Assembly (NCBI RefSeq): GCF_006345805.1
Contig: NC_043002.1
Location: 106,020,001 to 106,084,000 of the forward strand
Direction of reading: 5' to 3'
Origin: Octopus sinensis
Taxonomy: Eukaryota
DNA length: 64,000 bases
Of this stretch, positions 12,649 through 24,053 are shown piece by piece. Under the pieces are notes generated by a model, which worked only from the letters and a program-made list of their open reading frames with translations, was not told the DNA's origin and made no database searches. Position numbers and translations under genes: made by a program. Position 1 is the first letter of the stretch, and each line of letters starts with the position of its first letter.

Positions 12649-13198
12649 CACACTTGTGCATATGTGCTTGTAAATTTGCTTGTGTGTACACACATACACA
12701 CACATTTACAAACAAGTATGTATGTGTGTGTATATATATATATATACAAAATACACACACATATGCATGAATATGTGTGTGTATGGCTTTTTAATCTACT
12801 TGAAATCAAGACAACTTCTTTAGTGCTGGTGTCATGAAATATGTAACCAGTAAACTCTGTAAAGTGGTGAGTGGAAGGAAGGACAGCCAACTGTGGAAAT
12901 CATGCCAAATGAAAATGGATGAAATGGTATGCTCTCTTGCCCGAACCTAGGAGGGCACAAACCTCAAGCAAGAACTCACTCAAACTGATAACCTGTCCAA
13001 CTCATGCCACCACAGAAAATGAAACTAAAAATGATCACACACACACACACACACATAAAAGCAAGGTTGCATGTTTAGTTAAGTTTCATTCACAACCATG
13101 CAGTTCCAGTTTCAAACCAATTGCATAGCATCTGGAAAGCTTCTACCTCAAGTTGTCCAATACCTTGAGTAGAAGTTTTCGTTATCAGAACTGTACCA

Positions 13199-13248
<50 letters not shown>

Positions 13249-13489
13249 CAGTGTTTTATATTGTTTACAAAATGTTTTTTATGTTCTATAACTTAGTGGT
13301 TCAAATAGGTGCTAATAAAATAAGCATCAGGCTGAAATAAATACCAGTTAATACAATCAACTAAATCTTTTAAAAGCAATGTCTCAAAACAGCTGCAGAG
13401 CAGTCTGACACCAGTAAAAGAATACAGGTATATATTTACTACTGTCACATAACCACCATCACTTTTTTATCATTCATATATATATTTAT

Positions 13490-13900
13490 ATAGATAAAAA
13501 TGGTAAACCGTCGTGGACTCTTATACCCACTAAAGACACGGTTTCGACAAAGAAATATGTAGGCCTTACTGAGGGTAATTTCAAGGCCAGGTTCAATAAT
13601 CACACCTTGAGCTTTAGGCACTGGGATAAAAGGAAAACGACCAAATTATCCAGTCATATATGGTCATTAAAAGATAAAGGTGTCAGTTACAACATCCATT
13701 GGAAGATTTTAGCCAAGTGTAAGCCCTACACCAATGGCAGTGGAAAGTGCGGTCTATGTGATATGGAAAGATGGCTCATCTGGAAAAGAGGCTTAGACCC
13801 TGCTACATGTCTGAATTCAAGGACTGAACTTTTCGGATCATGCCCACATATGGCCAAATATTTGTTACGTTTTTGGTGCCCCCCCCCCAAGACTACAGAC
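13490..13900 (+). pseudogene. GIY-YIG endonuclease coding fragment of the Penelope-like element
   Basis: YVG (YIG-like) motif, the conserved R and E, a CxxC (CGLC) and the LN-R-E...C-H end motif. The RT domain and GIY motif are absent (5' truncation). Confidence 0.8.
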
Positions 13901-14662
13901 AGAACTTGCTTTCTATATTGTGTCCACGCACAAGCTTTTTATCTCTTTATACCTTTTACTTATATTTCTTACATATTTATAGAGATTTTGGTTTATAGGT
14001 TTATTGCTTATATATTTTTTACACATAATTTTTTCTGTATTCTACCTTCCACCCTGCATTTTTCCCTGTGCGTATACAGACATGTATATGGATTCTTTTG
14101 TGCGCACATGTGAATGTGTGCGGGTATGTGTGTATATTGATGTGTGTGAGTGTGAGTACATGCATATATAGATGTATTTTACTCAGTGTTTTTACACATT
14201 TTCCTGTATTTTTGCCCTTAGCCCTGTTTTTTCTTGTGTTAGACGTATGTTTAATCCTTTTTGTGCGTGTATGTGTGTGTGTGTGTGTGTGTGTGCATAA
14301 GGGTATGTGCATATATAGACGTAGTTTACTCTTTGTGTACTCCCTTATGCCTTTTTTCTGTATTGTTACCCATAACCGTTTTTTTTTGTGCTTGTGCGTA
14401 TGTAGACGTGTGTATGAACCTTTATGGTGCGCGCGCGTGTGGGGGTTCTATATGCATATACATTTGGCGAAGGATTGGAGTGAGGGTGGATAAATGTATA
14501 GCTTTAGGCGCACACACGTGGGTGTGCGGGCGCACATGTGTAGGCATGAACTTACTTTACTCCATTACTTAGCGGTCATTCGAATAGCTCTTTTGTCTTA
14601 ATAACGGTCAATCACAGTAATTTCCCTTTGTATAACAGTCATTTTTGATAGCATTTTTCCAA

Positions 14663-14736
14663 TGGCCGAATAACTGAAGAGATGGGGGCGTGGATTTCCA
14701 CCTCAGCATCCGAAACTCGGAGTTTTATCATGGCTA
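14663..14736 (+). ncRNA. Putative type I (minimal, dimer-type) hammerhead ribozyme
   Basis: CTGAAGA core at 14674-14680, stem II (GATG/CATC with inner GTGG/CCAC), GAAA at 14712-14715, short stem III ACT-CGG-AGT, cleavage triplet GUU at 14722-14724, and stem I ATAA/TTAT extended by TGGCCG/TGGCTA. Confidence 0.7.
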
Positions 14737-15799
14737 CCGACTATATATATATATTACATTTACATGTATATATATATAATTTCTATTCCAAACTAATTTA
14801 AGTCAGTTTTTCACACTTAATAACCCAAACATGTTCTATCAATTTCTCTGGTCTCCTAACACCTTACTTGTCTTTACAAGTACATACCTCACTCCTTTAT
14901 AATACTCCCTTCATCACCACTAATTACTGCATCATATTCAACATCATTGCCAATACTACCATAACCACTTTCAGTATCACATTCAGCATCATCATCATTT
15001 TCATCTTTGAAATGATCATCACTATCATCTCCTCCACCACAACCATCCTTTAGATCATCACCATCATAAGCCTTTTCTTCATCTTGATGATCTCTCACAG
15101 TTTCAGAGTGCTTTACTGTAAAAGTAAGGCTGAGAAAAAATACAAAAAAAAAATCTGTACAGAGACCCAATGAAACAATTTTACAGAAGCTATGTATCAT
15201 TCTCAACACATTTCTTAGATTTGGCTGAAGTAAAGAATTATTTATATAGCATCTCTATAGATGCTATATATGTAATTCTTAGGAAGAAAATGAGGAATAT
15301 CTCAACATTCAGGTGTGTAAACAAATATGGACATGATCAAAGTGAAGATTTGTAAAATATGCTCACTCACATACACATTCATGTGTGTGAGAAATACATA
15401 TATAATAATCATCATCACTTTAAACACCAACTTTTCCATGCTCACTTTGGTCAAATAGGATTTGCTGAGGCAGATTTTCTACTGCCAGATGCATTTCTAG
15501 TTGCCAACCCTCTTCCCCATGCCCAAACATGTTTTCGCAGAAATTGAAAATGAATGACTGCTTGTATGATGGTAACACTCATTAACTATCATTTGATGTC
15601 AAGATAAGGACATGTGCACGCGCACCACACACTCTCACACACAATGGGCTTCTTTCAGTATCTGTCATCCAAATCCACTCACAAGGCCTGCCCAAGGTAC
15701 CATGCAATACCTTCATGCACAAACCATGTGACTGGCAGGCAAGGTTCTTAACCACACAGCTGCACCTGACTATACACATATATAGATATGCACAGTATC

Positions 15800-16330
15800 C
15801 TGAGATCAGTTTTCACCACTTTTAATCATCTTACTAAATTTTTCTCTCCTGTAAGTTCCTTCCATTTAAGTATAACCTGGTACTTGTTTCCCAAAATGTT
15901 TTCTTCTATAGATTTCATGCTTATGTACCAGTAGTCTTTGCAGACTAAAATCCGATTTGTCTTGTATCCAGTTTTTCTTTCAGCCATACTTGCAGGCTAA
16001 CATTACACAGGTCATGTTCATTTTACTCCTTTCCAGCCTCCAGATTTATCTGGCTTTGCTCATGGGTATCATGCAATTTACTCTTTGCTCAAAGTTAGAA
16101 CTTGTTTGTTACGAACAGTCAACAGCACCCTGTCCTTCTCCACAGTAAATAGGTCATCTAGGTAACAAAAACTTTCAACTGTTTTTATGGAACCTTCCAA
16201 TCATTTGCCAATTTATTTCACTACCACTCTCGTGCTAAACTACTTTTGTGTTCTTACCACTTCTTATTCTTTCCATGTCTGCCTCTAATTCAGTTACAAT
16301 GCTTGTACAGCGAAGGTTTGCACTGGGTAC
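15800..16330 (-). mobile_element. Degenerate RTE-type LINE reverse transcriptase fragment
   Basis: Minus strand translates to IKTVESFCYLDDL (~16150-16190; RT thumb motif V-SF-YLG) and further on LKEKLDTRQI. Many stops and frameshifts. Confidence 0.55.
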
Positions 16331-19300
16331 ACAACATAGAATTTCTGTCCTTTTTCTGCATATCAAGCACAACCATTTCCCTGATGGTAATAGAGTCCTG
16401 TCTTCTTTTTAGCTGGCTAAAACTTATTTTTGTTAGATTTACTTCAAGAATTTATGATTCTAGGCTTTGTTTCTGCATTTCAAATTTTTTTCTAAATTTC
16501 TGGTAAATCAAGTGATGAGAACTAGGTCAATAGCATTCAGGAGTTTGTATGTACAACCAGCCTTAAACTTCTATTAAGGCTGAGAGAACCACAACAAACT
16601 GTTAAAAGAAAATTTAGTTTAAGGAAGTAAGAGAATCTCAAAGACACCCTGCAACTACCATTAAGGTGTGAAATATTTGTTTAACCATTAAATAAGTCTC
16701 TTTTATATGGCAATGCTCCAACATGATGTTCGCCATGCTTAAAAAAGAGTAATTAATGAACACCAAGCTTTAGTTTTTCAGTCTTTTGTTATCTTTTTTA
16801 TATATTCTATCAAAGTCAAGTCCATGCAGCAAGCAATACCACCTTAACAGTTGCCTATTCTGTATTTTTAGTTGTCTTCCTGCATATCTAGTCATTTTGC
16901 TGGGTTTGCAGAGTATTCCTAGTTGATCGATTAATGAATTGATCGAGGCAGCTCTACTTTGGGTGTAGCATTTTGGTTATTCCTGTTATGTTAGAAATAT
17001 ACTTAAATATTTTATCAAAAATTCTTGGTCAACTTTAGGCCTGTTTAATAAACTTCACAGGTGAAAGTGGTACAATTCTCTGTGTATCTAGGCCCTCAAT
17101 TCTTGATGGAGTCATATGGTACTGTCATGACAAATGGCATGTCTGGGAACATATTGAGAACTACCAGAGATCATCTTTTACCAGGTCTGAATATAGCTGA
17201 ATTTTTTTCCAGTAAGAGATAGAGGAATGATACTTTATCAATCTGAAAAGCAAAGTAGACTCACAGTGCAGAGAGTCAAAACATATAATGCTAGGCAATG
17301 TATATACTGTTTTAAAGACTTGGCCAATTCACCACCTTAATTGTACAATTACAGAACTTAAAATATTGAATTGTTGCCACCCTGATACAAGAGTTTAAGA
17401 AAGCAAGTGTTGAGATATGACTGATACTCCCAATCCTCTTATGTTTTTCTGCCTCCTATGCCAAAGTTTGTAACAGGAATTTTCAAAAGATAAGAGACAT
17501 AATGGTCTGAATTGTTTTAAGTAGCTGTGTAGCTTGTAGCCATGATTACCATCATCTATACAACTGCACTGCAGATATTAAGGGATAATTATGATGATGA
17601 TACTAGTAACAAAGGTCTGTGTGTGTGTGTACATATGCACATCTGTGTTTGTTGAGGCCCAGAGTATCTGAGGTGTGTACATCTGCTTGGAAAAATGATT
17701 CCTGGAACGATGATGATGATGTGAATTCAGTACATTCTTGAAGTTATATACACACATACTAACTCACACCACACGCAAAACACTCTCTAAAAATGTTTTG
17801 GTTGTTTCTGATTTCATAAATATCATCCTTTTACTTTGTAGGTGAGTGTATGTGTCTCGTTTATGTGTATACATGAAATATCAGTATATGTATAGTATTT
17901 GGAAATGTGTGTATCTTTATATATGTGAGATACACATACATACGAGTGTCTGTGTTGCAGGTGTGTGTATTTATGTGTATTTACTTCTGTTTATACTAGG
18001 AAAATCAGAAGGCTTCTACACATATGTCTGCCTGTGTGTATATACCAGGCTGCTTTGTTATGCATGCACAGGCCAACTACATGCATACTCACATACATTC
18101 ACACACTCTCTCATTCACTCACTTACTCACACATACACACCTACACACAAGAGTCTGTGTGCAAATATGCGTATACAAATTATAATGTATGTGTGCGTAC
18201 ATTCAGGTGAGCCTCTGTTTGTATTTGCTCCAATGTGTTGTGTTCCCCACCCCAAATCAACAGCTCACCAATTCCTTATATGGCAATATGACAGATCTGA
18301 ATAGATTTCCGACATGTTAGGTTGTCTGGAACACACTTTGGCATCCATCATTGCTCTGTTGATGTTGTATATACATTAAGATATATATATATACACCAAT
18401 ATGTGAGTATCTCATATTTTACATGAGATGGGTGTATAGTTGGTAAAATCTATACTACAATAAGCATCCGTTTTTGGTATGTAGTATAAATGTGTGTGTG
18501 TGTGTAGAAATTTCCTCTGAATTTTTGTGATGTGGAATTATTACTTTACACTAATATATTCAGGTTAATGTCAACTTGATTCTTATAATCACAGTGTTTT
18601 GGCCACTGCATTCTCTGGCCTTGTTTAGATGCCACCCATATTCAGTAATATTCTTGGAATTTGAAACTAAACTTTTATTTAGCTCACTGGAGAAGATTGT
18701 TCTCATTCTGTTGTCCATACCAGGGGTATTGTCTAATGCACTTGTGTGGCAGCTAGTTCATTATTCTTGAACCAGGGTGTATGTAAATTGACTGACCAAA
18801 GGATCAAACTCACACCTACTAGCTAACATAAACCAATAAAAGTTTTTAACTGTAGTATAGTGATTAGACAAGAGTTCCATCCCTGGATTGTTTACACTAT
18901 ATATACTCTGACTGAAGCCTACATTGCCACTTCAGTAGTTATCTTGCTTGTAATGTACTGAGAATATTTACCATAGGTGCAGATAGTCATAACTCTCTGG
19001 GGACCCACATAGCTGTATTCTCTGGTGGAGTCTTGGTTCTGCCATGCTGATGTATGGTTGATTAGCATGAGAGTTGATCTTTAAAAAGGGGACACAAAAG
19101 GTGATAGTATTTGATGTGTCATAAATAGATATACAGATAAACATTACCAACATATGATTTACCGTTGTGTATTTATAAAATATGTGAGTTTATGTGTCTA
19201 CATATGTATGCATATTTGTACATGCACGTGATTGTAAGTATATAAATGTTTGTGTGTCATTCCTTGGGCAAGTGTCTTCTTGAGCTCATACCAACACTGT

Positions 19301-19614
19301 TTGAGCAAAATTAGTGATGCTTGTATATGTCTCCTGTAGACAATACATAATATAGTGCAGCAGTTTTGTTGGTTTCAATATTTGAAGACCAAAAAACGAA
19401 ACCTCCTTACTTGAAAAATGAATAAGAGTTGGCAACTGGAACAATATCTGTAAAGTACTTCCACACAAGATATTATAACTGAATTCAGGAAAAGCACATA
19501 AAAAGAATGTTGAATGCATGGATGGGTGTATGTATGGATTCATGGCTAGATGTGTGTGTCTATATGTATGAATGTATATTTTTCTGTGATTGTGTGTGTA
19601 TGCATGAGTGCATA

Positions 19615-19662
<48 letters not shown>

Positions 19663-20199
19663 CATATTTAAGTGAATGGATGTGTGTATGTAGTATGTAC
19701 ATGTAACATGTATATGTAGTATGTTCTCACACACACACACAACACACACACATAAATATGTGTATGTATGTATGTGTGTGTATATATATTGTTGCATTTA
19801 GGAATGGTCACCCCGCCAGTTCAGCCAACAAAAACACACGCACCACACACCTGGTGCTACCCCACCTCAGTGCTACTTATCCCTCACATCAATCTCAATC
19901 CCACCTCGGCCAGAGTTCCCCCGCCATACCCCCACGACCGCACCAGCAGTCCCCCGCCTTCCTCCCTCCCACCTGTGTGTCTCTCCCCACCAACGGTCAG
20001 CCATTTTGCACCTTGCACCTCTACTGCATATCTCCACATGCACACGCGCACATCTCCATGCATGTCCACGCCTAGCCGGTGTGTGTGTCTGTGTGTGTGT
20101 GGGTGGGGGGGGGGCAAGCCTGCAACACTTGCACCTCCTGCCCATACATGTTCGTGCAATTTGTCTTTTGTTTCTTTCTTGCTTTTGTTTCATTATTAT

Positions 20200-20470
20200 G
20201 GTTTAATATCCACTTTCCATGCCGGCATGGGTTGGGCAGCTTGACTGAGAACTGGTAAACTGGGAGGCTGCACTAGGCTCCAGCCTGATTGGGTAAGGTT
20301 TCTACAGCTGGATGCCCTTCCTAACGACAACCACTCCAAGAGTGTAGTGGGTGCTTTCTACCAACCACTGGCATGGGTGCCAGTCAAGTGGCTCTGGCAT
20401 TGGCCACACTCAAATGGTACTTTTTATGTGCCACCAGCATGAGTGCCATTTAGATGGTACTGGCATCAGC
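20200..20470 (-). mobile_element. Family 2 SINE, reverse orientation
   Basis: CATGCCGGCATGGGTTGG...TTTCTACAGCTGGATGCCCTTCCTAACGACAACCACTCC matches the reverse complement of the family 2 core. Confidence 0.75.
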
Positions 20471-20546
20471 CATGCCCATATGTATATGCGTGTAACATCT
20501 ATGTGTATATATATATATATACATACATAAATAGATACACACACAC

Positions 20547-20581
<35 letters not shown>

Positions 20582-20782
20582 CAAAAGGCTGTTATACTAT
20601 TCCATATATACAAAAACAGCCATACCAACAATCCAACATACCTCCATCATCAGCTGCCTCATATATACATATTTATGTATATTTAAATATGTGCATACAT
20701 GTGTATGTACATATGTATGCCTATACGTGTTATGTGCAAGAATATGTATATACATGTGTATGCAAACATAATGGGCACACAT

Positions 20783-20815
<33 letters not shown>

Positions 20816-21069
20816 GTGGTTAGGTTGAAAAGTTCCTAATTTTAAGTGTACTACAAAAGGCCTGGTTAGAAGCCCAACCCTCATTTCTTTTACAGAGTGC
20901 AGAAAAACTGAAGGACTGCTGCACTAAGTGTGTGAATCTGAAAGGAGAGAGAATATGTTAAATAAGAAAGGAGAATATGTTACGTGATACACACAGACCT
21001 GTGTGTATTACGTAAGGCTAGAGATTGGAACAATGATTTCCCTTTACAAATACTGATCAGTCACAGACA

Positions 21070-21212
21070 GTGTCGTTAGCCAGCTGGAGATGTCTTCCAG
21101 GGGCTATAAACAACAGTAGCATTGTCCCATATGGGTCAGCCACATTTAGGTGGCAAATATACTTCACAATGTCATGCTGCTACTGTTTACATCTTACTCA
21201 GAAATTTATTAT

Positions 21213-21274
<62 letters not shown>

Positions 21275-21595
21275 AATTTCTGAGTAAGATGTAAACAGTA
21301 GCAGCATGACATTGTGAAGTATATTTGCCACCTAAATGTGGCTGACCCATATGGACAATGCTACTGTTGTTTATAGCCCCTGGAAGACATCTCCTCCAGC
21401 TGGCTAACGACACATATATATATTATATATATATATATAATATATATATATATATATAATAATTTCTGAGTAAGATGTAAACAGTAGCAGCATGACATTG
21501 TGAAGTATATTTGCCACCTAAATGTGGCTGACCCATATGGACAATGCTACTGTTGTTTATAGCCCCTGGAAGACATCTCCTCCAGCTGGCTAACG

Positions 21596-21599
<4 letters not shown>
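21070..21599. repeat. Three copies of a ~142-bp unit (1 forward, 2 inverted) separated by (TA)n
   Basis: Copy 1 at 21070-21210; inverted copies at 21271-21413 and 21458-21599. Copies 2 and 3 share a 3-bp insertion (CTCCTCCAGC) and a 1-bp deletion relative to copy 1. Confidence 0.95.
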
Positions 21600-21640
<41 letters not shown>

Positions 21641-22910
21641 CATGTATATATACATATGTTGGTGTGTTTGTGTTACATATATCATCATTATTTAATGTTT
21701 TCCAAGCTGGCATGAGTGGGACAGCTTGACAGGAGCTGGTAAGGCTAGGGTCTGCACCAGGTGCCATTGTCTATTCTGGCATGGTTTCTGAGTGGATGTC
21801 CTTAACAGCTACCGTTATTATTACAGAGTGTACTGGGTGCTTATTACGTGGCATCAGCACCAGTATTATATATATAATACACACACACACAGAGGCATAC
21901 ATATTATGTAATAGGTATAAATGTATGTTTGTGCATATGTAATATGAATGTACATACACAAATAGTTTACACCTGTCCCAGTCTTTCAATCCTCTAATCT
22001 GGGTAATACTTTATATGAACTGTGTATTCCTATGCACACATACATAGAAGCACACACTTCAAAAAGAGACGTGCATACATTGACACATCACATGTAGAAA
22101 TACACTCACATACACAAACACAGGTACATACACACAAACACAAATACACTCACACAAACAGACACATGCATACATAAGTATGAACGTGTGTGTGTGTGTG
22201 TGTCTTTATATGTATCTACTGATGTTTATTTTTCTAATGGTAACTGTGTTGTTGCTGCTACCAACACCACCGACTTCATCTCTTCACATGCCACCCTGTT
22301 GTTTTTGTTGTTGCTACTGCTATCCTACCCCATCCTACACTGCACTGCTGCCACCCTGTTCCTTTGACTTCACTTATTCTATATATCCCATCCACTGTTC
22401 TCTTAACAAGCTATTGATTGGGTTTCTCTGTAATAGAGGGCAGAAGTGGGGTGGAGGAGAGATAGTACTGTAACTCAGGGTGGAGAAAAGAGTGAGAGAC
22501 AGTGAGAGTGTGTATATGTGTGTGAAGCTCTGAGTGTAAGAGATCGTGTGTAGAGTATAAGACTGAAATATGGAAGGGATTCTGTATGTAACTCAGGGTA
22601 GATGGATGTGTATGTTGGGGAGGTTAGTGTGAGCATGTGTGTGTCTGTGTAGCTCCAAGTTCACACATAGAGAAAATGAAGTATGTTGCAGGAGAGGCTG
22701 TGTACAGTATGGGTTCTGTGTATGTGTAAAGCACGAGATGTTATATGAGTGTGTGTAGTCATGAGAAGCAGTGTGTGTGTGTGCAGTATGGGTGGAAAAT
22801 ATGGTTTTCTTCACTTTAAAAATTATGTAATATAGTGGAGAGAGACAGAGAGAATGTATATGTACATATGTCACTAACCCATGCGCCAGTATGGAAGGCA
22901 GACGTTAATG

Positions 22911-22969
<59 letters not shown>

Positions 22970-24010
22970 TTATTTATTTATTTATTTATATATATGTGTG
23001 TGTATAATGTAGTATATATGTGTTGTGAACAAGAGGTTAGAATGTATGTATAGCACAATTGGGAAAGTGTGGATGAGTATACATATATGGATGCATGCAT
23101 CTGTGACACTGAGTGTATGTGTGTATATGTGACGAGTGTGTGTGTGTTAACTAACACAGCACAATTGTGTACAGTACTCCATACAAGGTTAGTTAGTGCA
23201 GCATCATATATTCCAGTGCAACAGACCTGCATTGGTTAGAAGTAGAGACAATAATATTGGGGAGTGGGTGCAGAGGTTGTCTCTATCCCCATCTTACCTG
23301 CAAACCCCCTCCCACTGTCTACACCTACCTTCTATCCCACTCTATTTCCTCCCTATCTTCTCTCAACTGATCACTCAAACACACACACAACCACCACCAC
23401 CCACATGTCACTACTCTTATTCTCTCTAACCTCTGTACTTCCCCCTCTATTCACATCCAACTCCATCCCACCACAGCACCATCTCTATTAATATTCCCCA
23501 CCATCCACCTGTACATAACAAACTGTTCGTTAGGTAAGACTGAAATCAATAACAGTGAAACTTGTGTTCTTGATGTGGGTTCCTCTCTGCTAGCATGGGG
23601 TTGGAGGAGAGGATGATGGTAGATGATGTTGGTTATGATAATGGTGGTGGTAATGATGATGGTAATGATCATAGTGATATTCATGGTAATCATGCTTATC
23701 ATCACTATCATCATTGTAGTCATCTTCACCATAACTATCATCATAATCAATCATCTCCATTAATACCTCCACCACCACCATCAACACAACTATTGCCAAC
23801 TTCGACACCACTTTCATTAGCACCATCATCAGTTTTACTACTAAAAGATAAAACTCTCCAGAGGAGGGCTAGGAAAAAAGCGAAAACATTTTTTGCAAAG
23901 AATGCGGTAAAAACTAATACAAATTCTAAAGACCCAGTGTTCAGCAACACTGGTAGTGTTAATAATTAATTCTGAGGTCAACAACACTACATAATATATA
24001 CATACATTGA

Positions 24011-24053
<43 letters not shown>

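Larger units (their letters stand above)
13490..14741 (+). mobile_element. 5'-truncated Penelope-like retroelement (GIY-YIG endonuclease end plus terminal repeat region)
   Basis: The open frame from 13490 encodes KKYVGLTEGNFKARFNNHTLSF...LSSHIWSLKD...CGLCDMERWLI...LNSRTELFGSCPH, a PLE-type GIY-YIG C-terminal half. The distal end carries a hammerhead motif. Both ends abut (TA)n, and CpGs are largely intact. Confidence 0.85.

Noticed and set aside
14889-15209. Acidic 106-aa ORF on the - strand (DEEKAYDGDD...)
   Set aside because: Derived from a degenerate (ATC)n/(GAT)n tract; no splice or domain support.
21070-21599. Repeat-spacer-like arrays (here and at 47186-47327) as CRISPR
   Set aside because: Eukaryotic context, the spacers are (TA)n microsatellites, and no cas genes are present.
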